From the human T2T-CHM13v2.0 reference genome, Homo sapiens: a stretch of DNA of 64,000 nt. Shown in pieces: positions 45,901-64,000 of the stretch. Position numbers and translations under genes: made by a program. Positions within the stretch are counted from its first letter, which is position 1, and every line of letters starts with the position of its first letter. A model generated the notes under the pieces. The model searched no databases. It had not been told where the DNA came from and saw only the letters and a list, made by a program, of their open reading frames with translations. The stretch lies in NCBI RefSeq assembly GCF_009914755.1, contig NC_060932.1. One strand, 5' to 3'.

Positions 45901-46614
45901 ATTTTTCCTTTATTTTTGTTTTTCATTTTAAATGTTACCTGCCCTGTCCTGTAGGTATTTGAGTTTGTGACCATTAGTCCATATATTTAACTTTTCCTTC
46001 ATTTCTTTTGGTAATTTTTTTTAAACTTTTACTCAAAATTCTCTACTGTTTTAATCCCAACTATTGCTTTCATTTCTTCCCCCATGTTTTATAATTTAGT
46101 TACATATTTTTACTTTAACAACATTACAACAAATGTCTAAAAGTCCTTAGAATTGTCCAAGTAATATCTTAATTCTTAAAAACTTTTTAATGTCTGTTAT
46201 CAAAATAACAAATAATTTTAGAGTTAAATAAGACTTCAAAGATATCATAATGAATTTATACAGAGACCCCTTAGCTTTCTTCTCTTGGATTCAGTGTAGC
46301 TGACACTTACTCACTTAAACATTTGTGATTACAAATTGAAAAGAAATAAAATAGGAGCGCTTAAACAAGAATGAAATAAATTATAAATGAGTTGAATAAT
46401 TAGGTTTAATGAAAAAAACTGAAATGCCAGAAAATTTGGTACGGATAATATTAATGAATCAAATATTTTTCACCATTATGAATCAATTGTAATGCTGAAA
46501 GTGAGCAACAGGTATTTGATTCTTTTTCTCCGTTTCGTGTTGGGGTAGCAGGATCTTTTCATTCCTCATAACAGCTCAAATGCATGTGAAATACCTTTTC
46601 TTCTGTCACGCATT

Positions 46615-48360
46615 CTTTGAGAACCAGATTCTACAATGACCCTCAGTGATCTATATCTCCAAGTATTTGTGCTTTTGGATAGCGCCTTCCACAGAGAAAG
46701 GGGCTGATGTCCTTTTAGGACCTCGTTGAAACGATGGTGTCTGACTTTTGAGGCTATGTCATAAAAAAATTTGCCGCTGACACCTTTCTCTCCGGGGGTA
46801 GTCAGATTTCAGACTTCAAAAAATCCTGTGGAGTGACCCACTGAGGAAAACACTGAGTTTTCCTGACAACACCAGTACCACCTTGCCAGCCATCTGAGAG
46901 AGCCATCTTGAAGGCAAATACTCTAGCCTCAAAACAAACCTTCAGATGACTGCAACTCCAGCCAACATCTTGAAGTCTCATGAAGGGCCCTGAGACAGAA
47001 CCACCCCAATTATCTACTTTCAAATTTCTAACATATATATGTGAGAAACAATAAAGATTTCTCATTGTTTAAGCCACTATGCTTATGAGTAATTTGTTGT
47101 TTTGAAATGGATAACTAATACAGAATTTGATACCTGATATTAGAGTGCTTACTGTCAAAAAACACTTAAAACTTTGGAGACTTTGGGAAAGGGGCAAGGG
47201 AGGAATCTCAAGAGATTTTAGGAGAGTGATAGTAAAAGCCTAAAGCACATTGAAAAGACTATTAGCTTCTGCTCAAGGTCATCGAAGAGTCTTCCAGTGA
47301 AGACTTATGAAGAAGTGAATAAAATGTTATTGGAAACTGTAAGAAATATAATCCTTTTTATGTAGTGGCAGAAACTTAGCAGTACTACTGCCTCTGGTAA
47401 TGCGAAAAGTAGATAATGTGCCTAATGAACTGATTGACACAGGAAATGTTTCCAGCCAGAGTTTTAAGTATGTTGCCTGAATACTACTTACTGCTTTGAA
47501 TAAAATATGAGATGTGAGTGGTAAGATAGAGGTAGAACTATCATACATAAAGGAGCTGGAATTTGCTGACTTTGAAACTTTCCAATTTTTCTAGATGGTC
47601 AAATATACTAAAAGTAAGAAATAATTTTGGGACAAAAAAACAAATCCAGGGTAGTCTTTGGAATGTATAATAAAGATACAGCTAAGAGTGTGGCTGTAAA
47701 GTATTTGTTAAGATCTAGAAAGATCCAAGACCATGCCTGAACAAAGGACTCAGAGATATGGCTTCTAAAAGGTTTAAAGGTTTTGTCATTCAGCAGACTT
47801 GGTAGAAGCCCACAGGAGGGAGTGTTCATTTGAATATATTTGTGAGTGTGGCATTTGATTAATGAAGTAAACCCCAATAAGATTCATAGATGACCACAGA
47901 CATTTTAAGAAAAAGTGTATGCACAAAAACACCATCAACTTGAACTAAATGGGGAAGAGAGATTAGAAAATGAAAAGAATATTTCAGAAACCAGTTTCCG
48001 TAACACGAAACCTTGTTTATAATTACTCTGAGATGCATATATTTCAAGAGATATATCTCTTGAAAAAGTAACCATGAATCAGAGGGTGTAACAAGAGCCT
48101 GTGGGCAGAGCAGCAAGCCATGGAGACATATGCCCGGGCCTTCAAGTCTTACTGAAAGAACTGCTAATATATTCCCCGTTGGATTTTAGAACTAATGTGG
48201 ACCAGTAGCTTCTGTGTGATTCATTTATCCTAGCATTTAACAGGACAATCTGTAGCGATTATATCATGTTTGTTCTATTACTGTATATTGGGTTTATGAG
48301 GGGAGAATACTTGTCTCTTCAGTTCATATGAGCTCAGATTGAGAACATTTCAGATTGACA
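46615..48360 (+). mobile_element. MLT1 (F-like) LTR (~46615-47122) plus MaLR internal sequence (47123-~48360)
   Basis: LTR end tttaagccacta...gtaatttgtt...ataactaataca followed by gaatttgatacctga, a typical MaLR-int start. Confidence 0.75.
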
Positions 48361-48938
48361 CACCTATAGCAGTCTGCACAATTATATTTAAATTAAAATA
48401 ATTTCTATTATGCACTTCATAACATACTTGACTACTTAAACAATAAGAGCATTCTTATACTTTATTTCCAAGCAAGCAACCTCTTACTTTTTGTTTTGTG
48501 TATAAGTCAGCATACTTTGGTCACAATTAGCAAAAACCCAAATTTGATCTGTCTTTTAAAGAGAGAAAGAGAGGATATAATAGTCAATTAACTTAAAATA
48601 TGAAACACTGGACTGGGCTTAGGCATCACCAAGGGTATAGTTTTTTCTGATTGCCATTATTCATTATTTGGATCCTCATTGAGTTTCATCTTAAATCCTC
48701 TCTCTTTACAATCAAAATCAGCAGTGAGGACAACAATCTCCCTCATTTAGTTCCCATAATAAGAGAACTTACTGATTCTAAATTCCTGAGAGTAGGAAGA
48801 CTTAAGTCTCATACCCATCTAAGAGACAGGAAAATGAAATGTATTCATTGAATTAGCTTAAAGTATATATGGTTCTTATTTGGAATAAGTAATGGTGGAA
48901 AAAATTCTGCCTAGTTTCTATATAAAATTCTGGATTTT

Positions 48939-53020
<4,082 letters not shown>

Positions 53021-53095
53021 AAAATTCTAGATTTTGAGAAAATTGAGGACTGCACAAATGAAGATTATATCCTGGCCTTTTGTTATGCCTTAATA

Positions 53096-54105
53096 TTTTT
53101 CAATTGTCTTGAAAATATTTTATAAATGTACGGGGTATAAATGCAATTTTGTTACATCGACACATTACACAGTTGTCAAGTTAGAGCTTTTAGAATACCC
53201 ATCACCTGAACAATGTACATGATACTCAATATGTAATTTCTTATCATCCATTCTTCTCCAACCTCCTCATCTTACAAGTCTCTATTGTCTATCATTACAC
53301 TCCCTACATCCATGTATACACAATTTTTAGCTCTCACTTATGAGTAAACATGCAATATTTGTCTTCCTACGTCTGACTTATTTCACTTGAGGTAATGACC
53401 TCTAGTTCCAACTATGTTTCTATAAAAGACATGATATCATCTTTTATGGCTGAGTAGTATTCAATGGTGTATAGATGTCACATTTTCTTTATTCAATCAT
53501 TCATTGATAGAAACTTAGGTTGATTCCATATCTTTGCTATTGCAAATAGTGCTACAATAAACACATGTGTGAAGTCAGCTTTTTCATATGTTGATTTTTT
53601 TTTCCTTTGGCTAGATACCCAGTAGAGTTATTGCTGGATCAAACGGTAGATCTACTTTTAGTTTGCTGAAAAATTGCTATGCTGTTTTCCATGAAGGTTG
53701 TATTAATTATATTCCCACCAACAGTGTATAAGTATTCCCTTTTTTTCCACATCCTCACCAACATCTATTGTGCTTTAACTTTTTAATAGTAGCCATCTTG
53801 ACTGTGGTAAGATGATACTACCTTGTGGTTTTACTTTGCATTTCTCTGATAATTAGTGATGCTGATCCTTTTTTCACATATCTCTTGGCCATTTGTATGT
53901 CTTCTTTTTAAAAATACCTATTCATGTCTTTTGCCTGCTTTTTAATGGAATTATTTCTTCTTGTTGTTGTTGTTGTTATTTGAATCCCATGTATATTCTG
54001 GTTATTAGTCCTCTGTCAGATGCATAGCTTGTAAATGTTTTCTTCCATTCTGCAGGTTGTCTGTTCACTCTGTTGATTAATTATTTTGCTATGCAGACAC
54101 TTTTG
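53096..54105 (-). mobile_element. L1MA/L1PB-like 3' fragment, tail-to-tail with the upstream L1
   Basis: ggggtataaatgcaattttgttacat...ttatggctgagtagtattc...gcaggttgtctgttcactctgttg. Confidence 0.85.
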
Positions 54106-54410
54106 TTTTTGAGAGTAAATAGGGCTCGTTTTTGGTCTCATGGCTTATTTATTGGAGGTGAATAATGGAGACAAGTTTTTGACTGAAGAGGGAAATGATT
54201 CAGATATGATATGGTTTAGATATGATTTCAGTACTTGCTTATCAGACTTTATCTGCTTCCAAAGTAATTTAATCTAGAGGAAAGAAAAAGTTAATACAGA
54301 TGGCCTGTGATTTATTTCTTCCACGGTCATAGGGATGCAGGTGGATGTGCAATGTTCACATCAGAAGGAAAAGAAGGTTATAAAGTTTAATCTCCAACAT
54401 GGTAACTAGA

Positions 54411-54786
54411 TGTATTAGTCAGTTTTCATACTGCTATAAAGAACTGCCCAAGACTGGGTAATTTATAAAGGAAAAAGGTTTAATTGTCTCACATTTCCAT
54501 GTGGTTGGGGAGGCCTCAGGAAACTTACAATCATGACAGAAGGAGAAGGGGAAGAAAGGCACCTTCTTCACAAGGCACCAGGAAGGAGAATGAATGCAGG
54601 AGGAACTACTAAACACTTATAAAACCATCAGCTCTCGTGAGAACTCACTATCATGAGAACAGCATGGGGGAAACTGCACCTATGATCCAGTTATCGCTAC
54701 CTGGTCTCTCCCTTGATAACGTGGGAATTATGGGGATTATAATTCAAGATGAGATATGGGTGGGGACACAAAGCCTAATGATATCA
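54411..54786 (-). mobile_element. THE1D/MSTA MaLR solo LTR
   Basis: tgtattagtc...gatatca termini with a perfect 5-bp TSD CTAGA (54406-54410 and 54787-54791). Confidence 0.93.
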
Positions 54787-54994
54787 CTAGATCTTCAGGT
54801 AAATACATTAATATATGCTAGGAAGAGAATCTTGGTTTTTATGTGTTTTTTAGTATTTTCTTATTTGGACATTGCTTATGATCAACGCCCCTAGAATCTG
54901 TGGATGTTTTAGACATAGATCCCTAGAGAATGTCGCATACTAGGTCTTTTTATGCACTAAACCTTATATAATATGACTCATTATGGAGCATGAC

Positions 54995-55130
54995 TGCTTT
55001 AATCCTTCACTTCACAGACTGAGCCTCAGAGCAATTAAGTAACTCACCTGGTTCATGCATTTATTAAGTGCTAAAAGCATAATTTGAATTTCAACTGTTT
55101 GGTGTTTGAAGTGATGTTAGCAACTATTAT
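54995..55130 (-). mobile_element. MIR fragment
   Basis: actgagcctcagagcaattaagtaactcacc...taagtg...atttgaa. Confidence 0.55.
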
Positions 55131-57959
55131 ACTAGGATAATTCATAGCATAAGAAAAATACAGAATATTTTGCTTTTTATAATTTATTTACTATTTTGGC
55201 AACACATTAAAAACCTATACTTCAGGTCTTGGTGTATTTTAGAGGCCCCATTTCTCTGAAATTAATATTAACTCTAATTGTCCTCAAAGTATAGGCTCTA
55301 AGGTAAGAAGACTATATCTTTTGTATTGGTTGAAGTTAAGTCATTTTACTGAAACTGGTAAAATTAAATGAAATCTACTGATTGCATATTCCCTATATAT
55401 AATATAAAAGTATAAAGACTTGTACAAGCTATAAAAGGATATGTTAGAGAAGTCTTCCTCCTCCTCCTCCTCTCCTCTTGCTTTTCTGAAACATTACCCT
55501 TGATTGGACTTATGCACGTAATGGTTTGGAGGACAGAATGTCATGCCTTCTGGAGCAAAAGCCAGATAACTTATGGAATGCAAATCTGTATGTATAGATA
55601 ATATAACCTTTAGTAAATTTAAGGTAAATAAAAACAACTCATCAAACAGAATGCTTCAGCATTTCTGCTTTCATTCATGTTTCAGAGATTTATATATTTT
55701 ATCCTGATTTTCTCAATGACTGAACTACCCCTTTCTTGGGCCCCCCCTAACAAATAGTTCTGATTTAGAAAATAAATTTTTATTCTGAAGTTTTTTAAGT
55801 CAAAGGTAAAAAGAAACTTTTTTTAATAATTAGAAAGTATGCTTAGTTAATTTTCTCACCTTTCTCTGTTGTCATCATCAGAGAAGCCAAGTCATTTAGA
55901 TGGTCATTATTTCTTTTTCATAAGAAATTAATGTAAATACTTGAAAGTGAGCCCTCTATTGTTGTGAAAATACCAGCTCATCAAAACCAACTGAAAATCA
56001 AAGCTGTGATAACTAACGACCACCTGCACAATAAGTAGAAGATTGTCTCTAATTCAGTCTCTGTTGGATTCCCTTTGAAATGGTCAGTTTTACTAAATAT
56101 TCATAGCTTTCAGTAAGCTCTAAACAACAAAAAAACAGAATCAAATCTGCTGAACCCATTTGCATTAACATCTATACTCAGAGACATAAAGGTTAGAAGC
56201 TCTCCATGGTTACCATTAAAGTATTCAGAAAAAGATGACAATTTTAAGTATAACAGAAACAATAGAATGAAAAATAGAATTTATTTTAATAGCACATTGG
56301 CATACACCATGTCAGGTAATTTAAAGTCTAGAGATACTAAAACATAATAATAACAACGCTTAGGTAGAGTTAGCTTAATTACATGTCAACAGCTAATACC
56401 ACAGAAACACTACTAGATCCATTTTTATTTGCCGTATACCTGATTTTTAATATTTGCTTTAAGATTAAAACTTTGTATTAATGTATAGTAGGTACATTAT
56501 TAAATATAGGCATTAGAAAGCCTTTATGTTAGTAGAAGAGAGAAATCATTTGGAGCTGAGAGTTAGTTAGCCCTACTGGATTGCCACTATTATGAGACTG
56601 GCAACATTTTTGTGACATTTGTTTTTTCCTGAGGAGTTAAAAGTCTCAGGAGGAGATGCCATGTAATATCTTGTGACAACTGGTTGCATTGAGGGTAATG
56701 TCTTACATTTTAGGAATTTATACAAATCTGAAGATTTCTATTCTTAAAATATAAGACATTAAATTGAGAGCACTATAAAGAAACGCATGGAACCAACATT
56801 TCATTAATACAAATATCTCTGAATAGAATGTATAATTAAAAGGATTCTGAGGCATATAATTCTATTCTACAAATTCTTACATGTACATATTCTAAGAGGT
56901 CTTTAATTAAATCAAAGTTCTTAGAGGTAACTTAAATAATGTTAATGCAAACTCTCCATCTCTAGATTTACACCATGTTGATGTCACCTTTCGACACTTA
57001 CTACTGCCTTTAGTTGTGTATTTTTTGTATCAGTGGAAATAAATTTTAATTTATTGCACACTGTCTCACTTTTTCTCAATTTTGAAAACTTGTAGGGTGT
57101 AGAACACAATGTAATTTTATGATTGCTGACACTGATAATATAATTAAGAAAATTCTTAGCTTAGAGAATTCCTAACTGGATTACTCAGAAAAGTTGTCAC
57201 ACTTGACTGGATAAAGGCCCATATTATTTGAAAATGCATGTCATACTTAATGTCTGAAAGCTCCCTACTGAATGATATAGCAGGCATTGCATCAGCTTTT
57301 ATAATCCTGGATACTTTAGAGATTTGTACATTTTTTCCAATAGATTTTATCAAAATATTCTTGTAAATTTCTGATGTTATTTACAAGATTTTTTTAGCAC
57401 ATTTTCCTATTTAAAAACAACAATATACAGGAGATACATAGGGGACCTCTTGCCTGAGGTCTAAAATAGGAGGAATTTTTTATATTAAATATATTGATTG
57501 TTTTGTATATACTATATATGTGTCTGTGTGTGTATGCATGTGTGCATGCACGTACACATTTTGGCAAATAATGTATCTGAGAAGTTGTGAGAATGCAAGA
57601 CAAGTAGACAAGCAGAGTGGTATTTGCTTCACATTCTGGAATAAAGGCCCATTTGGATCGAATAAAAAGAGGAGTTTGCACCTGCAAAATAATCTATGGC
57701 ACTGCTCAGCTAAATCAGTGATGTTCTATGACCCAAGATACCAAGGTTTCACTGGACAGACAAGTCCGCATCAACCTTACCTTATGCTTTTGGGGTGACC
57801 AAGCTGTAGATATTTTGTGACAGTGGGAAGGTGAAGCCACAACCACAAGCAAGAACTTTCTGGGAAACATGGAATTTACCACTGCCAGACAATCCTGGAG
57901 GAGCTCCTAAGGTTGATTTTCAGGGAATATAGTGGTCTGTTTGTCTTCCCATTCATTTT

Positions 57960-58238
57960 TCTAGTCTTAGCTTTAAATACCTGTTTCTCAAGGAGACTTT
58001 CTGTGTGATTTGTCTGAAATCTAAAAGTCACCTATTTTATTACTAGAGCACACATATTTTATAGCATTTATGTGGAACTTTTGGTTCCATATGGTCAGGA
58101 ACAATTTATAATTAGTTCTTACCTGCCTATCCAGTAACAAGCATATCTGGCTACTAAGATGCTCATTTTAGATGCTCAAAATTTTTCTGACATGCTAACT
58201 GACTAAGTGAATAAATTACTGAATGAATGAATGAATGA
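57960..58238 (+). mobile_element. L2 3' end
   Basis: gatgctcaaaat... followed by a terminal (TGAA)n tail. Confidence 0.55.
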
Positions 58239-60282
58239 AAAGGCCCGTATGATTCCTTCATCTAAAATTATTGTAAGAATCCTTCGTATCCACTTCAATC
58301 CTCATTAATCAATTCAATTCAAATCAAATCAATTCAAAACACATTACCCTGTAAATACAGCCGCAAAAGTACTGGGTAAACTAACGTATACTCATTCCAT
58401 TTATCTCACTTACATTTTTTGATTAATCATTATTTGCTTTATATCATTAATTTCTTCTTTAATATACAGATTATTTTCATAAACTATTGTATACTAGAGT
58501 ATATAGTCTGAGTCTTAGAGCAAATACTTTTATATTTACTGTCTTATCTGTAAAGAAGAACTTTTCCCCATAGCATATGTCACTAGATTAGATTTTTTAC
58601 TCACCATTTCATATGTATTACCACAATGTTCCCATTGCAGCATGTGGGCCATCTTTCATTTTCAGTCACATATCCTCTTGTGGGTTGAAGGGGGTGTGGC
58701 TAGCAAATGTGAAGGAAAAGAGAAAGGAAATATATCTAACCAATTTCACTCTATTTTAGTGACAGCAAATAAGACTCAAAGTGTCAGCTAAAAAATAAAA
58801 GGTATTTTTACTTCAAAAGCTTTCTTATTCTATCAAATTTTGCCATTCTAACAGAGAATCTAATCTCAGAAACTTCTTTATTTTTTATCTTATTAATGGA
58901 GGCAACACTTTTGCAGATAGATTTTTGCAGATAGACAAATACCTATCTGCAAAGAGCTACCATAATTTCAAGAGAATCTCTCTCCCTCTTTCTCTTTTGG
59001 TGTGTGTATAAATAGCATAGATGGTAGTTTGAATGGTATCCAAGAGGGAAAGAGGGAATGTAGCGACTTTGCTTTGAGAAAAGCATTCACATAAATCACG
59101 GTCCACGAGATTTCACACCTTTCTCTTGCCTTCTACAGCCCTTATTACACAGATGTATTAACACATAACTTGTAATTCACAATACTTTGATTATTTGATA
59201 ATAAATCATTCTCAAAGGAATTTATTTATCTTCTCAGGTTCTATTCCAGTTCTTGGCAGTTGGCACATAGTAGGTATGAAATGATTGTCTAAATATCTTA
59301 CCCATCATAGACATTACGTAACAGCACAATGTGAGTGTCTGTATTGTGTATAAGTGTATAAACATACATGTATATACAAATACATGTATAGAGAGATATA
59401 TATGTGTATATATATGCATATATACTCCATATCCATTCTAATTATTATTAAAACCCATTCAGAAAGTGGCACCTGTAAGCAATTAAATGTCACAAGGCTT
59501 AGTAAAACTGATCTAAACTAAATAATTTATAATTAGTGTAAGATAACGTATCTTTATATGCATTAATAAGGAAATTATTAATAAGGTAAAAATGTAACCA
59601 CTGAAAACACACACTTGCACTTCTGTTTAAATATTCTATTTTACTGAGAAAGTTTATCTAATTTTGTTATTTTCCAATATAGTTGTTATAAACTGTGGAT
59701 TAAAGGGATTAAAATATCTTTGAACAATATATTTAGTATCTATTTAGAAGCAGTAGGAATAGTACGTAATGCAAATGTCCTCTGGAAAAACTTCATAACT
59801 TGTAGTTCTGAGCCAGTAACTTTTCTAATAAAATGTTACTAATGTTGTCTAGATTCATAACAATTTTTAGGATACATGCATTCTGTCCATATTTGATATT
59901 TTATTAAAAATAGTTCAAACATATAGGATATAATGTAGTGTGATTATTCACCCATAAAACATCTTGCTTTGTTTGCTCACTTTTTCCTATTGATTTTTAG
60001 AAGAAATAGCTAAGTCTCCTTGCCTATAATATTCTCCAACCTTTTTTCCTTAAAGTAACCAAAGTTTTAGAATTGGTGTATGTGTTTTACAGTTTCTCTA
60101 CATATACATGTGTGTGTATGTATGTGTACTTATAAACTATATGCTATTTTATACTTAAGGATTGACATGAATTTCATTTATGGTTTGGTATCTTAAACAA
60201 ATATATAATCTAGGTAGATTACAAAATAAACAAACAATACATGCATATAATGTTCATGTCTTTTCTCCGGAAAGCCAAGTAT

Positions 60283-60530
60283 TATAATAATAGTTTTTTT
60301 AATTAACATTTACTCTGTACCAAGAAACACCCTCAATGTTTTACATGAGTTTTACCATTATCTCTCACTGCAAACCTAAGAGGTAGGAGCTATAGAGTTC
60401 ATATTTTACAAATAAGTGAAGGGAGGCACTGAGAAATTAGAATGTGTCTGTGGTCACCTGGTCAGTAAGTGGCAGCCCTAGGATTCAAACCTTGGCAGAT
60501 AGACTCCAGAGTTTTTTCTTTTAACCACTT
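60283..60530 (-). mobile_element. Near full-length MIR
   Basis: cctaagaggtagg...attttacaaataag...gaggcactgaga...ggtcac...gtaagtggcag...ggattcaaacc...gactccagag. Confidence 0.85.
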
Positions 60531-61126
60531 TATATATACAAAGTTTAATTTTGTGAATGACCAAATATTCGCTACCATCTAGAGATTAACATGAGAGATT
60601 GTGGTACCTATGGAAGAAAAATTAACCTATAAAATTTTAACTCTATATCCTTGGCCTTTAACCTTTCCAAGATCCTAGATCCGTTGGAATATCTGGTGAA
60701 TACTAACCACTTTCTCTTCAGAGATTTTAGTGCATATGTGTATGTACAAACATATCTATGTACATTGTTTTGTGTTACATTTTACAGTCTCTTCATATAG
60801 CCTAAATGTCAAGTTATGAAAGTAGAATTAAACAAAGTCTATGCATTATCCATCCTTTTCCAATACTTTTAAAAAATCTATTTCGATTAATTTTGGTTTT
60901 AGCTGCAAAATATTTTTAGATAAATTGTTGGTAATGTTTTTAAATACAGAGCATATTTTTCTATTAGCAGATGGTATAATCAGTGTTTAGGTAGTTCTCA
61001 AAGGCTATTTGATGTTCCACATAGTTTAATTTCAATAAAAATATTTCTAAGTGAAAGGCAGTCGTTGTGTTTTGGGGGGTGTTTTGTGGACTAGCTGGAA
61101 AACGTTGTTATTTGCTGTAACATTAG

Positions 61127-61525
<399 letters not shown>

Positions 61526-62199
61526 CACTTGCTTCCTTTGACTCAGATACAGGAGCCACAATATCCCTATGGATATATAAAAAAAAAAAAAAATCGAACA
61601 GTTTCTTGCAGTAAATCTTTGTCTCTTTCCAGAGCCCATTCAAATCTTAATAATGAACATTTACAGAAACAATATATTAAGTGCCAATAATAAGATAGAG
61701 TTATAAACTTCATATCAACAGTCTATAAAGTCACTCTAATTATAAATATACACAGATAACTATTAGCTAGACTATTTCTAGTTCTAAGTAATAGAAAACC
61801 CAGTGCAAATTAAATAGGTTAGTTGAACACAACTGCAAAGTTTCAAACTAATCTGTGTCTAGGCATAGCACCTGACTGGTGATCCAAACTAATTTCTTAG
61901 GAATTTTTTCTACCCTCTTGTGTGTTGCAACTTCATCTGCAAACTAGGTTCCGTCATGGTGGTCTAGAATGCTTGCTGCAACTTAAGAGTACAGAACGGT
62001 TTTTTTCACTATAGGAAGAGGCTGCTTCCTACAACGAATAAATGAAGGTTTATGCTTCACTCTGATTTCACCAAAGATTGCCACCAGGGAAATATCATAT
62101 TCTAGTAAATATGTAAGAGTTTCGTAAAGCAATATCAAACCTGGTGAGTGTCAAAACTCATATTTGTTCTTGTTGCTTTCACTGAAAGATTTTACATAT

Positions 62200-62225
62200 A
62201 TCTATCTATCTATCTATCTATCTAT
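62200..62225. repeat. (TCTA)n microsatellite
   Basis: Read directly. Confidence 0.9.
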
Positions 62226-62624
62226 ACATATATTTAGATGTTACTACTAAGACAGTCATGGCGTCCTTGTCTTTACTAGTCTACCTCAAGTTCTATATAA
62301 CCAAATTTATCTGTGAATCTTTTTATCTGATTGTAAAGTGGAAATATTCCCTTGTTTGCACTCACTCGAGTTCACTGTAAGAATGGGGTGCAAGTCAATG
62401 GTAATATGACAGTGGCCAATCGGCTTCGGATTTGCAACATTTAGTCTTATCAGAATAGGCTGCCAACATCAGCCGTTGAATCTCTTTTGGAAATGGCATT
62501 TTACCATAGACATCCTCACAAGAATCCCTTTGAAGCCCTCATTCTCTGCTATGTGAAGGAAATTAAAAGGGACATAATGGAGTTAAAAAGGACCACTCCC
62601 TTAAAACTTTTAAGCAAATTGTAC

Positions 62625-64000
62625 CGTATTAGTTTGTTTTCATGCTACTGATATAGACATACCTGAGACTGTGCAATATTTAAAAGAAAGAGGTTTAGTG
62701 GACTTACAGTTTCACATGGCTGGGGAAGCCTCACAATCATGGTGGAAGGCAAGGAGGAGGAAGTCACATCTTACATGGATAACAACAGGCAAAAAGACAC
62801 AGACTGTGCAGAGAAACTTCCCCTTATAAAACTATCAGACCGTATGAGACCCAGTCACTATCATGAGAACATCAGAAGAAACACCTGCCCTCATGATTCA
62901 ATCACCTCTTACCAGGTACTTCCCACAACATGTGGAAATTAAAGATGAGATGTGGGTGTGGACATAGCCAAGCCATATCATTTTGTCCCTGGCTTCTCTC
63001 AAATCTCATATCCTCATATTTCAAAACCAATCATGACTTCCCAACAATCCCCCAAAGTCTTAACTCATTTCAGCAGTAACTCAAGTCCACAGCCCAAAGT
63101 CTCATCTGAGACAAGGCAAGTCCCTTCTGTCTATGAGCCTGTAAAATCAAAAGCAAGTTAGTTACTTCCTAGATAAAATGGGGGTACAGGCATTGGGTAA
63201 ATACAGCTGTTCCAAATGGGAGACACTGGCCAAAACAAAGGGGCTACAGGCCCCATGCAAGTCTGAAATCCAATAGGGTGATCAAATCTTAAAGCTCCAA
63301 AATGCTCCCCTTTGATTCCATGTCTCACACCCAGGTCACACTGATGCAAGAGGTAGGTTCCCATGATCTTGAGCAGCTCCACCCCTGTGTCTTTCTAGAG
63401 TACAGCCTCCCATGTGGCTGCTTTCATCGGCTGGCGTTGAGTGTCTGTGGCTTTTCCAGATGCAAGCTCTCAGTGGATCTACCATTCTTGGGTTTGGAGG
63501 ATGGTGGCCCTCTTCTCACAGCTCCACTATGCGCTGCCCCGGTAGGGACTCTGTGTGGGGATTCTGACCCCACATTTCCCTTTTGCACTGTCCTAGCAGA
63601 GGTTTTCCACGATGGCATTGCCCCTGCAGCAAACGTCTGTGGGGGCATTCAGGTATTTCCATACATCCTCTGAAATCCAGGCAGTAGTTCCCAAACCCCA
63701 ATTCTTGACTCTTGGGCACTGGAAGGCTCTATACCACATAGAAGCTGCCAAGGCTTGAGGCTTGCACCCTCTGAAGCCATGGCTTGAGCTCTGTGTTGTC
63801 CCCTTTCAGCTTTGACTGGAGCAGCTGAGACTCAGGACACCAAGTCCCTAGGCTGCACTCAGCATGGGGACCCTGGACCTGGGCCACAGAACCACTTTTT
63901 CCTCCTAGGCCTCCAGGCCTGTGATGAGAGGGGGTGCTGTGAAGACCTCTGACATCCTCTGGAGAGACATTTTCCCCATTGTCTTGGGGATTAACACTCA
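62625..64000 (-). mobile_element. THE1B-like element: 3' LTR (62625-62980) plus THE1-int running off the window end
   Basis: LTR ggaaggcaaggaggag...gtcacatcttacatgg...ccatatca followed by THE1-int (ccaaagtctcatctgagacaaggcaagtccc, gagcctgtaaaatcaaaagcaagttag). Confidence 0.92.

Overview
This is AT-rich, CpG-poor primate DNA (human or great ape, judged from AluY and L1PA elements), intronic or intergenic. I find no host protein-coding exon, RNA gene or CpG island. Every long ORF with a recognisable product comes from L1 (ORF1, ORF2, ORF0), Alu or Tigger1. The window is a mosaic of transposable elements: Alus (AluY, Sc, Sp, Sq, FLAM, FRAM), several L1s, MaLR/ERV LTRs (MST/THE1, MLT1, MLT2A, MER50, an ERV1 solo LTR), a degraded ERVL-like provirus, a near full-length Tigger1, and MIR/L2 relics. 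There is also a repeat-poor block of about 10 kb (27.2-37.1 kb). The most notable structures are: (1) a TSD-flanked L1PA4-like element with both termini but two large internal deletions, one junction sitting on a 16-bp palindrome, which still carries its 5'UTR and a truncated ORF0; (2) two twin-primed (5'-inverted) L1s whose breakpoints lie within about 200 nt of one of those deletion breakpoints on the ORF2 map; (3) a 310-nt tract with no G or C; (4) multi-layer nested insertions. The sequence alone does not establish a new biological system. Family and subfamily names come from recalled consensus sequences, not from a search.
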